From Geosiphon pyriformis uo1 (lineage: Eukaryota > Fungi > Glomeromycota), in assembly GCA_016748015.1 (NCBI GenBank), contig JAAOMT010000678.1, positions 26,921 through 90,920 of the forward strand: a stretch of DNA of 64,000 nucleotides. The letters run 5' to 3'. Position numbers and translations under genes: made by a program. Within the stretch, counting starts at the first letter, position 1; the number at the start of each line of letters is the position of its first letter. The notes beneath the pieces were generated by a model, which saw nothing but the letters and a program-made list of their open reading frames with translations, had not been told where the DNA came from and did not search any database. Positions 50,601 through 64,000 of this stretch are shown piece after piece.

Positions 50601-51229
50601 TGAACTTCTTTTCAAATAAATTGGTGGCTTTCTGGGGCAACTTGGTATGCTTGTTGTCACTTAAGTTTGGCATCTCCTGTGTAAATTTGATGTTGGACCA
50701 AATCAGTTCTTCCTAAATTGTTATCGTTTTTGGCAAATATGTCTGCATGTTCTGTGATTAACTTCTTAAGCTGGTTCTGTTGTTGGGACTCTAGTTGTCC
50801 TATGTTAATTCGGGATAATTTTTCAACAACAATGTGATAGTTTTCAGAACTGGGTTTTGGGTTTATTCTGAGAAAAAAATGTCCAATAATTTCCGAAAAG
50901 TTAAAAACTGTTTAGACTAATTCTTGTTGAAAGATATTACTGTGAATAATTCAAATTATTTAATAAAATGATAGAATAGTGGTTGGGATTGTAAAAAGTA
51001 ACTCAGACTTTCTTCATTCCTTTTGGAATATAAATGTTTGGAATTGAAATGTCATGTTTTGTGCAGATTTGTTCATTGGATTCGAAGATTTGTTGAGTGG
51101 TGGTGGGTTTCTTGCAGATATAGATTTCGTGATGTTTTCCAAAGGGTGAGATGGTAATTGGTTGTGGAAGTCTGAGAATCTGGTGAGATTCATTCTGTAT
51201 GTTAAGAGCTATATTAATTGGAACTGTAA

Positions 51230-51660
51230 ATTGTTCAGTTGAACCAAAACTTTGGATTCCTCTATCACTTTTTTCTAATTGTTCTTTTTGATTAACTAGT
51301 TGCAAACTCGAAATGTTGATTAGGGATAGGTAAATAGCTTGGGCAATTTTTTCAGTATGTTTGATCTTGAATGGTTTGTCAGTTTTATTTTGAAACATCA
51401 CTGTGATGTCTCCAGTATATCTAGCATCAATTATTTTTCCTTTGACATTGATTCTTTTGCTTGCCAGAGAGGACTGGGAGGCAATTTGAACTATTGCTCC
51501 TGGCAGGATTTTGAGGGCAATTTTGAGGTTGATTTTTGTGAGAGATTTGGGTTTGAGAACAAGAGTATCTTTGTCTGGATATCTTAGGTCATATCCAGCA
51601 TCAATTTCATGTGCTCTTTTGGATTTTATTCCTTGTCCGTTGTTGTTGAAGTATTTGAGT
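51230..51660 (-). pseudogene. dUTPase domain of element E
   Basis: All five motifs recognisable: DAGYDL, SQSSLA, IIDARYTGDI, KIAQ, RGIQSFGST. Confidence 0.92.
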
Positions 51661-54600
51661 TGTAAGGCAGGCTGATTTTTGATAAGATAGATGGGTGTTG
51701 TTTCAATTTTTTTTGTTACTTCAGGTTCTCCAAATTCAATTTCATTTTCATCATTTTCACTGGGCAGGGAAATGCTAAGAGCATAGCATTCAGGGCATCA
51801 TTGCTCATTGCAAGGCATTATGTATTCTTCACACAATTTAATGTTCATTTGCTCTAGTTATTGAACTTAAGCTTCTTTGGTCGAGTAAGTGTAACTGGCA
51901 ATTTGGTGATATACTTCTACTTTATCTTTGTAGTTGTATCCAGCAATTTCAAAGGTGTATGCAATGTATTCTGATTCTTTCATTTGACGAACATTTTCTT
52001 GAGTGGCTCTGTTGATTAAAGCTATTGCTAGATTGAAAATCATTTTGGCATTGTAAGGATAATGGTACAGTTTGTTGAGAACGCTGTTGTAAGTAGCATC
52101 AAAAAAGGTTCCTCTTGTTACTTTTTCTGAGATTAAAAAGGCATATTGGCATGTTTGATCGCAGACTTCTCCTCTGAATGCAACATCAATCCAGTTGCAT
52201 TCATCAGGTAATTGTTCTCCACAAGTCAAACAGGGCATTCCGTCCCATTTTTCACTTCTTTTGACTAGGTGTCCCTATCATTCTCAGTGGCAGGATTTGC
52301 AATAGTAACAGGTATGGTTTCCATATTCTTCCTCGGGTGAAATACAAGCTCTCATTGATAAGAGTTTCTTGTGGCAATCTTTGTATTTGAGTGGAATGTA
52401 AGGGTATTGTTTTCGTGGTTCTAGTTTTGAATAGAAGACATTCTATCTGGCTGTCACTGGTTCTTTTGTTTCAAGAGAATTGTTTGTTGAAAAATACTGT
52501 TGTTCAATTTCATTAGCCCAATTGGAGGTTGATCCAAGTGCCATAAATGTTTCAATGATGGGCTTTTCTTCTTCTGGTTCAAATTCAAAAGCCGGGGCTT
52601 TTTCGGAGCATTTATTAAATGTACCACAAGTAGGTACCTGGACGTGTTGTCCTTGGTAAGAGATTGTTAACTCTTATGTCTCTCAATTCAGATTAGCATT
52701 GGCTTTTTGGAGCCAATTGTTTTCAATGAGAGCTTAGTATTGGGGAGCATCCATAACCAAAACTTTGACTGGAATAGTAATTCCGTCAATTGTGAATGGG
52801 AAGTTGTCAATTTCTTTTACTGGAGTCTTTTTCATGTTATTAGCAGTGACAATAATTGTCTGAGCTGGTCAGTCAACGTTTCTCTTTAACTGTTGCATCA
52901 ATTGATATGTGATGATGCTTCTGGCGGATCTACTGTCTAGGATCAAATAAATTATCTTTCCTTCTACTTCAGCTTCTATGTACATTGCAGTGATGGCTTT
53001 TTGCTCGTTAGCTGCTGCATTGCTAAGCAAAAATGGTGATTCATTTGCTTCAAATTTGAAAGGGAATATATCTGAAAGGTTGGCGTTTTCAGCAATTCTG
53101 GCTGGTAAGATTATGGTAGGAATATAGGAAGGGTTTTGTTGTTGTGCTGCAGCTCTATCTTCTGAGAGTGCAGTATGGCAAAAATTCTGTTCTTTTGGTA
53201 TCGTAAGATAACTAGGTTGAGTATAATAGTGGTTGGATCTTGGTTGGGCTGAATTTCGGGGAACCAATTGGTTGTTTAAATTGATTCTATTGTTGTTTAC
53301 TTGGTATTAGTTTTGTGGTGTGAATTGATTTTGCAGAATCAATCATCGAGCAGGCACTTGATAATGTTGTGTGAGTGGTTATTGGTATTGCTGTTGGATT
53401 GGCTGTGAGGCAGGCTGATAATAGTTACTTTAGTATTGGGGTTTTAGTGAATAGTAAGCTAATGGTGGTGGTTGATAATAAGATTGTTGTAGTGGAGGGT
53501 AATGTTGATTACTCCTATTTTGTTGGTCTTGTTGTAGCTTTCTGCAATCTCTTTTCCAGTGGCCAGAGATTCTACAGTAATGGCAATTCTGAGGCTGGTT
53601 ATTAGAAAGTGGTGCAAAGTTATTTTGATTTCATTTTTGGGGTGGTTGATATCTTTGGGGTTGCTGTTGTTGTTGATTAGTGAAATAGTTTTCAATCTTC
53701 TTTGTGAGTTGGTCAATTTTTTTCTCAGCTGCTGAGCTGGTTTCTCCAATTGCCAAATTTACAAGTTTGGTATGGTTGGCTTCTTCTATGGCCATTTTAT
53801 AGTTTTTCGTCTGTTGAATAGCAGTGGCTAAATCTTCTGGTGCATGTGGGCAAACTTTCTTGATAAGTTTGTCTTTTAGTTCAGCAATGAATTGATCCAA
53901 GATTTGTGCATTGGAGTAGTATTCATTGGTTTCTAATTGGCAAATTCTTCTAAGCAGTTTGTTGAATTTTCTAAGATAGGTCATAACTGATTTACTTGGT
54001 TCTTGCTTGATATTTTGGAACCAATTTCGAAGGGTAATAGAAGTGTTATTGTCAGTGAACTATTCTAGAAAAGCAGTTTTGAATGATTCCAAGTTTTCAA
54101 ACTATTCACTAGCCGTTCCTTGTAAGAAGTATGAAATTGCTTTTAACATTCTAACAGCATTCCAACCATTTGCATCTCCTGCTTTTAAGACTTTGTTAAG
54201 TCATTCTTGAGAACTGGTTTCGCTGTTTTCTTCTGTAAACTCAGGGATTTTTGCAATATATGTGAAGGCCATTTCTTTTTTGTTTTCTGAGTCTTCTGTT
54301 TCTTGTTCTGATTCGGTCTCTTCACTTTGATTTTCTGCTAAGTAGTCAATAAGATTTGGGCTGGTTAATATTGGTTCCTGTTGTTGAATAGGGCTTTTGG
54401 GTGACTAAAAATCTTTTATTCTTGAAAACCAAATAAGTGGTGAGCTTGGTGTTTGCGGTTGAGCAAGTAAAACTGGAAATGGTGTGATTGAAAGTGGTAA
54501 TTTAAAGCTGGTTCCTTGTTCTGGAGTTTGTAAATGTTTGGCAGTGGTTTTTGGTGTATTGAGAGTAGTTCTGAGTTTTTGTTTCCTTTTTCCTTTTTCT

Positions 54601-57600
54601 TCTTCTGTTTCCGATTCAAAACTAAAAGAAAATTTCTGTTCTACTGAGTAATTTTCTTCACAATACTGAATAATATTGAAGTTGAGTTCTTGGAAGTATG
54701 TTTCAAGTGTTTGACTGTTAAAATCTTGAGTGTTTAGATGAGAGTAATGTACTAAGCTTTCATATAAGTTGTGTCTAACTTCTGAAATATTGTAGTCTCC
54801 AAAAAGATAATTGTTGATGTAATTTTCAATGTACTGGTAAAGTGTTTCCTTGAATGTTTCAATTCCATCTGGGATGTTAAATCTTTGCTTGCAGTGAGTG
54901 TAGATTGACTGATAATACTCTAAAGTTCTTGAATCTGTTTAAGTCGCCACTTTTGAAGTTGTTGTTACTGTGTTATTTTTGTGGGAGAGCACCAAATATT
55001 ACCAGAAGTTTTTGGTCTCTTTTCTTAAATGTTGTTAATGTCTGTTTGCTGTGAATTTACGTTTTCTGGATGTGGTTGAACTTTCAGTAACTGAATTTAT
55101 TTTCAAATTATCTCCTATAATTTGAACTGCTGGACTTATAAGTGGAATGGCTAATTCCATGCCAGTTACTTGTGTAGTTACATTATAGTAAACATCAACT
55201 CTTTTCCAGGAAATGCTCATCTGGAAGCTCACTAAAATGTGTAGTTACTTTACTGTAAAAGTCAATTTTTCTACAGGGATTCCTGTCTGTAGGCTACCCA
55301 AATGATTTATAATAAGAAAAAAAAGAAAATGAAAGAAATGTAAAAAGAAAAGTAAAAACTGATTTATAGAAGTTGTTTCAGATTCAGACCTGGAAGTGTT
55401 TTAACAATTTACTGAAATTGGTAGCTAGTCAATTTCAAACTGTTAGTAGGAATTGGTTAATTTCAAGGAAAATAATTAAGAATTTTGGCTTTTCGAATTA
55501 TTTGATATTTATTTTGTTTTTGTGTATAAAGGATGATTTTAATTGTTAAATCTCAAGTAAGATACATTTTCTCGAAGAGAGAAGCTCCTTTTTTATACAA
55601 CTTGTTGTAACACTATTCTATGAACTTGAACTTTGCTATTTTCTACAATTTCGCTGAACTAAAGATACATTTCGGTAAACTACAAGTTATTTCTGCGAAC
55701 TATTAAATATTTTGGTAAACTATCAATTATTTCGGCAAATTTCTACAAATTTTGACAAACTTTTTGAATGTTACATAGTTTGGGGTATTGCATGATTGAT
55801 CATTGCAATTAGGTTATGTTTATGTTATGTACAAATTGGGTTATTAATTAAATGATAATTTTGGACATTTTGCTAATATAATAAGTAATAATTTGAAACA
55901 ATAATATATGCTAATTAATAATAAGAATTATAAAGATAATTTTATGCTAAATAATATCTCTAATTTTGTCTGGTAATACCACTCTCAAAATTGCCAAGTC
56001 TTTGGTGGTTTCTGTGTTTGGTTTTTTTTCTGCTGCTGTTGTACTGCATGATGTGTCTTTGGATGTATCTGCTGCTAATATTAAGACAGCTTTTGGTATG
56101 TTTGGTAAGATTGCTCATGTTGTGTTAAAGTCTGCTAGCATTTGGCAATATATAGTTATTTATTTTGTAAAGCTAGACTCTGTTGTGTCTGTTTTAAATT
56201 ATTAGTCTGTTTTGGTAAGCAAAAATAGTGTTAAAATCTTCTTTTTGGTAAATTAGAATGAGACTATTCTGTCTTGTGATAGATTTAAGGCCAAGTTGGT
56301 TAACCTTCTTTCTAGTTGTACTGTTTTTGAAATCAGTGATATGATTTCTTAAGTTGGTGGTTGGACATGTTTTATCTCCTGTTTTCTTAATTTTGGTCAT
56401 TATTTCCAGTTTGCTCTAATTATGTTTGGATCTCAGAAAGATTTAGATACTGCTGTAATTAAAACTGGTATACTGAAAAAATGTTATATCTAGTAGGAAA
56501 CTTCTGGCTGTTGGCATTGTTTTAGATACCAAGAGTTGGGCCATCTGGCTGTGAATTATAAGGTGTTTTTACTTCTCTCTCTCAAAATTTTCAAAGTGTT
56601 TACACTATGTTTTGTTGGCTCTGGGTCTTATGCTAAGACTTTTGCTTCTTTAAGATCTTCTGATTTTTTATCTTTGACACCTCTTGCTTCTTCTTCAGCT
56701 GTTGTTAGTAATTTTTTGGTGTTATCTCAGTTGTTTTCTTTAGAGTTTGATTTGGCTAAGCTTTCTGTATTAGTAAAATTTATTATTAAGCCTATTGGTT
56801 TTTTGGTCAAATTGTTTGAACAATTTATTAATGGAGATTTGGTTTTAAGTAGTAAACTTAGTTTTAAGATCAATAAAATTTTAGTGCATATAAATTTCTT
56901 TAGTGAGATTGTTGGTATGTTAGGAAAAAAAGTAGTTTCTTTGAAAAAAAAATGCTGCATAGAAGATATAAATATGTCTGGTGATTCAGAGCTTCCATCT
57001 GTTATGAATGATAAGATATTTTCTAATTTAATGTTTTTTTGAAAGCATAACTTTGTTAATGTTAAAACTGATGCCTTAAAAACTGCCAAGTGGCTAGTTG
57101 GATTGGTTTCTTACAGTGCTACTTTGTTTTCTATTATTCAAAAGATATTTTTTTTTGAATAAGTTTTCTTCTATAATATTAGCATAGTGTGTTTTTGACT
57201 GGTTTGAATGGCTGGTCACATGTAAAAAACACATGATTAATATCTAGTTTAAATTACTTAGTTTGATGTATTGTACTAAATAGCTTTTAGGTCTTGTTTG
57301 TTAAAAAAAATAAAAATAAAAAAATAAAAATTTATATAGTAATTTTGTAAATTTTAAATAGTTTGTTTTTATAAGTTTTAAGTGTACTACTTTTATTAAT
57401 TGGTTTTAATAGTGTTTATATTTTATTAAGAAGGTTTTTATTAATCTGTATATTTATTTAATAAAAATAATTTATAGATACAGTCAAATCTAAAATAACT
57501 CATATTTTTGGTAGATGTAAATTGGTTTAGATTAATATAAATCATAAATTTTCTTAAATTTAAATATATATAATATATATAGAATAAAAATAAATATAAT

Positions 57601-59334
57601 ATTATTAAAAAGTAAATTTATTTGTATATTTTTTTAAAAATTTTTAAATAGCTCATACAATATTAAAAAAACTTGTAAGAATTGTTTGTTTTTGTTTATT
57701 TTGTATTTTTTTATGAAATATATATTTAATATAAGCAAACTAATTAACTATATTATAAATTTTTTGCTATTTTCAAGCTTTATAAACTGTTTAAGATTTA
57801 TAATAACAGTTAGTACATCTTTTATATTCATTACTTTTTGTATTTTTTGTTTTTATTAGAATTATCATGTTTTTTTTACAATCTATTATAATATAATTTG
57901 TAATTTTATCATTATTTTGATATTTTAAAGTAATTGTATTAATTTTCTCAAATAAATTTACCAACTTTTTAATTAATAAGTATGTATAATTTGACTGTAT
58001 ATAATTGAACTCTTTATAGTAATTTTTAATTTTTTTTAATATTATCTCTTGATTATAATTAGCTATTATTTCCAAATTTGTAGTTTTATTTTAAAAGTTA
58101 TTATTTGTATTAATTAAAAAAATGCCAATTTTGTGTTAACAATTAGCAATTGTTTTATTTAAAACATTTTTTTATGCTCTATAAATTAGATATATTGTTT
58201 AAAGTTGGCCAATTATATAAATATTATTAATATTATTATTAAAAAAATATAATATATAATTAAAAAATAACAAATATAATATGTTTTAAAACAATATATA
58301 ATTTTAAAATTCATAAGTTAAATATGTACTATTAAATTAAGTGCAAAATATTTTACATAAATATTTATAATTGATTTTATATTATAGTTGTGATTAACAA
58401 AATTGTTTACTAATAACAATATATTTTGGTTTTTTTTATATAGTTAATAATTTTAATCAACAAATTACTATTAAAAAATATTACCAAATATAAGTATTTA
58501 AATAATACTGGAAACCAAGTTGTTTTCCTGTTTTTTTTTAGAAACAGTGTAAATATTTAGCATAATTAATTATAAGTAGTAATAAATATTTAATTTTATT
58601 AGTATTAGTTATAAAAACAAATATCAATTGTACTTTTGATTATTTGGTACTATAATATAATATTGTAGTAAGATTTTGATTTAATAATATAATATAAAAT
58701 AGTGTAGTTTTATATATATTGAAAATATTAAATAATCTTCAATTAATAAGAAGTATTATTATAAGCACTTACTTATTTTTAATATGTTCAATATTAGCTA
58801 ATAATACATTATCATAAAAGTAAAGTGAATATAATTTAATATAGTCTTTAAAGCTTTCAAGCCAATCATTAAATAGTTATTAACACTTATTTTTTAAAAT
58901 ATTCAATTAATTATAGAATTTTATATTAGCAATTTAAATTATATCTTTAATAAGTATTATTTTATACAATTCTGTCTTTTAAACAAAAATAACAAGTGTT
59001 TTATTAAAGTTAAAATTACATATTGTACATATATATTTGCTAGTCAAGTCACATATTATATTTGCTTATACATAAAAATTTGGTTTATCTTTGACCCAAG
59101 CCAAAATTAGAGACTATTTTATGTATAGAAAATTGTTTTTTTAAAGTATTTTGCAGTTTTTAATTGGTTTTTATTATTTGCATAATATTAATTAAGTATT
59201 ATAAACTTATTATAAAATATAGCATTTTTATGACTTTGTAGAATACAAACTACAAAAATAGTATGCTTTTTGCTATTAGATATGATAAAATCAAAAAACA
59301 AAAAAAAAATACAATTAAGATAGAACTAATCTAA

Positions 59335-59840
59335 AAATTCGACTTAATGACTTATATAATTTAAAACTTTGATTTAATTATTTACATAATTAATAATAAC
59401 TTAGATTTGTAACAATTCAAAACTCTGACTTGATTACTTATATAATTAATAATAATTTAAAATTTAAAACAATTTAAAACTTTAACTTGATTATTAATAA
59501 AATTAATAATAATTTAAAACTTGAAATAATTTAAAATTTTGACTTAATTACTTATATAATTAATAATAATTTAGAACTTAAAACAATTTAAAACTTTGAC
59601 TTAATTACTTATATAATCAATAATAATTTAGAACTTAGAACAATTTGAAATTTTGACTTAATTACTTTTATAAATAATAATAATTTAAAACTTAAAATAA
59701 TTCAAAACTCTGATTTAATTATTTATAAAGTCAGTAATAATTTAAGACTTAAAATAATTTAAAACTCTAATTTGATTACTTATACAATTAATGATTATTT
59801 AAAATTTAGAATAATTCAAAATTCCAACTTAATTATTTTA
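59335..59840. repeat. 57-bp tandem array (~9 degenerate units)
   Basis: taataattta(g/a)aactt recurs at 59507, 59564 and 59621. Confidence 0.85.
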
Positions 59841-59919
59841 TTAAATAAGTAATGCTATATTATTATATAATATTTTTAGTCATAGAAATATTGATTTGCT
59901 TTATTGCAATTTTATTAAA

Positions 59920-62900
59920 ATTTACACAATTACAGAATACAAAAAAGGAACATACTCTAATGCCAAAACAACAGCTTACAACTCAGTTAAAATAGAAGAT
60001 AGAAGTCTGGTCATCTTAATTCCAACATCTGCATTTGCAGCTGAAAAGTAAGTGGCTGTCCCACCAGCCATTTCAATAGAACCAATATCTTTTAGAGACT
60101 TATTTGTATAAACTTTAATACAATCAAACCAAACCTTCAATAAACTATTATAAACAACAGAGAATTCTTCAGATTCCAAAACATTTAACATAGGCTTCTC
60201 ATGAATAGCAGTAGCTTCAACCCTTAAAAAAATAGATTTGTTTATAAACTCAGATATTAAAGTAAATCAATAAAGCACTGAGCCTCTTGGATTTAACTTT
60301 TTTTACTACCAAAATGTCTTTTAGTTTATTACACTCTCTCTTTTATCCAGAAGTTTGTTACCAAAGACAATGTCAAACTGTTTTAATAAAAGAACAGAAT
60401 TATAATACAAGAGCTGACTCAAGATACTAGACATCAAAAATTTATTAGACTTATGAAAAGCACTAGGCAAATTGTTTGCTAGAAATAACTTATTGTTCAA
60501 AAAAATTTTTATTATCTCATCCAAATAATTGTTTACCAAACTAACATGCAATTTGACAAAAAATTGCAAAGAATTCAAAGGAAACCACTCCAAAACTTGT
60601 AAATCCAAAAATCTATGGTCAAATAAATGACCAAAAATATTATAAGCATTGGAAAATAAAATAAACAAAGCCAGCTTCTTTTCAAATTGTACTTGTTCAA
60701 AGAGTTTCAACTTATACAAAGATAAATAATAGAAAATCTCATTAGAAAAATCATATAGTAAATTGGTCTTGGCTTTAAGACTTTTTCTAATTATCACATT
60801 TTACTTGCAGTACACACCTAAAAAAACAAAGTTAAATTGTGTTCGATAGTTAATTATTGCCTGTAAGACAACTAAAACTAAGTACAAAAATTGTTTATCT
60901 ATAATAGTTTTCTTTAGCACTATATTAAAAAAAACTTGATATTTACATAAGCCTAAACCAAACTAGATTTAAAAAGATCTTCAGTGAATAAAAAAATGCC
61001 CAAGTATCTGTGTATCTCACTTTTTTTAGCAATCAAAATTAGCAAATCATTAATCAACAAAGAAGCAAACTTAACACTTTGATTGATCAGAATAGTCATT
61101 GTCTTATTATTGTTAATCAAAATATTATTGATCTCAAAAAACTCATTAGCAATATTTAAAATATACTGTGTAAAAGTTTGACAACTTTCAACCCAAATTG
61201 TATTATCAACAAAGATGCCAGCAGCCAAAAAAGAAGTCTTTCTCCTAACCACTTTAACTTTGCCAAACTTTGTCACAAACTTAGTATTAATTCTGTATCT
61301 GCACAAGTGCTTATGTCTTTTCATCTTATACAAGAATAAATCATAGAAGATTCTTCAAAGAAGCAAAGAAAAAATCTTACCTTGATCCAATCTATCATGT
61401 ATTTTATAATTATTTAAAAGATCAAAATCTGTTATCACCTTATTAATCTGATCTCCATAAATGTTGCCAAAAAACTTGATAAACTGACCACATATTTTAA
61501 TGCAAAACAAGCTAGCTTTCAAATGATGCTAGTCTACTGAGTCATAAGCTTTGCATATATTCTATAATACCAATTAAAGCTCTTTATTCTTTTCCAAAGT
61601 ATCTTCAACAACTAACTCAATAGCAAAAATAAGAAACTATGTTAAAGTATCTTTTAACACTAAAAAGTTATTATTATAAAAAATATCAAATTTGCTGCAA
61701 GCCAATAATATCTGATCAGAAAGGATCTTAAATAAAATTTTCTGAGCTGTTTCAATTAAAGCAATAGGCTTAGTGTTCATTAGAATCCTATTCTATTTAT
61801 AAGATTTTGGGATTATTGAAATCTATGCTCTTTTCCAGAGAATTGGAACTGCACCCAAAGTTAAACAAGCATTTAACAGTCTCAAATAACAGATCAACAC
61901 CTTATCATCACAATGTTTCCAAAGTTTATTAAGTATTCCTGATAATCCAGCAGCTTTATTATTTGGCAGATTATTAACAACAGAAAACAATTCTCTCATA
62001 TTAATCTTTTTTATTACACCAAAGAAAGCATTATTATTCACATAATCTAGAGGCATATATTGATGAGACCAAAGATCAAGTACTTTTGAAAGTACTAACT
62101 GCTTTTTTGTTCATTTTTTTATAATCTTGTCAATCTTAAGGTTCATCTCTTTTGGCTCAACCATTATTTCATCCTCTATTATTAAGTGATCTAAAATAAC
62201 CTTGTGAAATAGATGTTCTAAAATGCTCTTTATCATCTACCCTTTGTTAAAACAGAAGTTTTTTATACAGCATTTAATTGTCTTTTTAATAGCTGTATTC
62301 TTAGTTATTTTTGATTCATAATACTTAGACTTTCAGTATTTTTTTTCACTAGTGACAAATGTTTAACTAAGTTTACTGAGTTTGCATTATCTAAAACTAT
62401 GCTAGTAATTTTAAAAGTCTCAACTTTATCAATAGTCAACTAAATCTTAACAAAACAGTCAAAATTCAGAAGATTTCCAGAATTTTAATTTAAAAAATTT
62501 TGAAGATTGTTTGTTTTTCAAACAATTTATACACTATACTAACTCTTAGAAAACATTTTAGTAGCAGCTTGAACCATAGCTTCTTCTAATACTTTCTACA
62601 TTATATTCAAGTTACTACAGTCTTTTACATTTCCAGATGCATTAAATTTGACCAACAACTTGGCAGAAAAACACTCTTTAAAATACAACTATTGACTTTT
62701 ATCTGTATTTCCTAACTTGAACTTCTACTGGTTTTGGTTGGCCAGCTTATAAGTGTTGATAAGACAAACATCCAAAAGCCCACCCAAACCAATTGAAACT
62801 GACTTATGATCTGTATTAAAAAACTCTGACATATTATCAACTAATTATGATACAATTGCAGACACCAAATTTCTACTTACAAAAACAAAATCTATGATTT

Positions 62901-64000
62901 TTTCAACACTCCTAAAATTGTTTTAAGTAGAGGCTTTGGTTAATAAATATTTATTAAAAGTATTAACCAGGCCCAAATCTGAGCAGAACTTGAAGCTTGT
63001 ACTTCTTTTGGATTCATTTTTATTAAAATTACTACTCAAAATCACAAAAGTAGATTTTTTTACAGATTTTGTAATCAAAAAATTGATTTCATCAGCCTAA
63101 AAAAATAAACAGCCAAAGATGTTTTAGTATAAAGCCCCAAAATTGAAATTGGAAGTTTATTTTTGAAAAATAACTTAATAAAAAGAAATTGGCCAGGAAT
63201 ATCCAATACTTTATATATGTGTCTTGTCAAAGAATTGTTTATGATAATTGCAACACCAGAACCCAAATAACCAGAATCCAAACCAGAAGTGAAGACCCAA
63301 ACACCATCAAATTTGTTCATAATTCACAGACAGACTTTGCTTTTTAACTTAGTTTTAGTAACAATGGAAATCAAATTGTTTATATCTTTATGCTAATGAA
63401 TTATATCATCCTGTTTTGCAAAATTGTTCATTTTTTTAACATTGTAAGTAGCAACTTTTCAAACTAAACTACTCATTAAGAAGGAGGTTGGGGAAGTATG
63501 TTACCAGCCAAAACCAGACTATCAAAATGAGCTGACAAACTTAGTACTAAAGCAGAAAATCTTTCTAATATATTCTCCAGTTTAACAGGAAAGGCAGACA
63601 AACTTAAAACTGCAGCAGTCTTACCATTAGTGGCCTTACCTGAGCCTTTTCTCCTCATTATATTACCCACATAATCCTGTAATAAAGGGATTACTGGCAG
63701 CTGATATCTAAGGCTAGACTGAAAAACTACCAGCATGAATAATTTCAACTTCTTAGTCAACTCACCAATTTGTCCCATAAAGCTGGCAAAACTGCATTCC
63801 ATTACTGCAAACTTTTTATCAATGTTTATTATAACCAGAAGAATAGGGTTTATTTCTAAAAAAAACCAAAGTTAACTGAACCATCACATATGGAAAAAGA
63901 AGGAAAAAAAGACCCACCAGCAATCTTAGCTCAAAAGACATTATTAGAAGCAATTGAATAAGCAACAAAAGCCAATTATTTGGCATAGATAGTTGTTAAT
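59920..64000 (-). mobile_element. LINE (ORF1 end, ORF2 APE-RT-RNase H), 3' end missing, extends beyond the window
   Basis: ORF2 starts MSSLV*KVATYNV at 63476; GSGVAIII, KAAGLSGI, AGIFVDNTIW, VYTNKSL..SSILTEL. Confidence 0.9.

Larger units (their letters stand above)
46186..55978 (-). mobile_element. dUTPase-bearing Gypsy element E (full length, degenerate)
   Basis: 982-bp LTRs 46186-47167 and 54997-55978, PBS 54981-54994, PPT gaggaggaag, TSD TTAC/CCAC, VYLDD, LILDSRSA. Confidence 0.95.
45240..57330 (+). mobile_element. ORF1-only non-autonomous LINE derivative, split by element E (45240-46185 + 55979-57330)
   Basis: ORF1-like frame continuous across E (...YLV|TLKIAKSLVV); zinc knuckle CFRYQELGHLAVNY; LINE-type 3' UTR motif and A tail; no ORF2. 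Confidence 0.7.

Noticed and set aside
57791-58075. Possible eroded integrase fragment
   Set aside because: Only a faint resemblance in extremely AT-rich sequence; cannot be supported.

Overview
Eukaryotic, very AT-rich, CpG-depleted region made almost entirely of nested transposable elements. Element and protein style suggests a glomeromycotan (AM-type, Geosiphon-like) fungus; this is an inference. Contents: two sibling + strand Ty3/Gypsy (Metaviridae) LTR elements (A 786-8500, B 16354-23942); three - strand Gypsy elements carrying a Cys-rich domain plus dUTPase between protease and RT (F 15169-29557, D 30252-41150, E 46186-55978); an older Gypsy remnant (G); solo LTRs; two RNase H-containing LINEs; an ORF1-only LINE derivative; and a 57-bp tandem array. 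The only plausible host gene is a spliced, CpG-retaining coiled-coil + PD-(D/E)xK-like (Crinkler/CR-type) gene at 9323-12311 (-), partly hidden by N gaps. The most notable pattern is an accessory module shared by otherwise divergent LTR families. It consists of a homologous third ORF between integrase and the 3' LTR (five copies, four families), a conserved ~18-nt DNA motif just upstream of the PPT, and, in the - strand families, a U5 sequence able to pair with the PBS. One element also has a clean 835-bp inversion of its gag capsid region. All alignments were done by eye; no searches were run.
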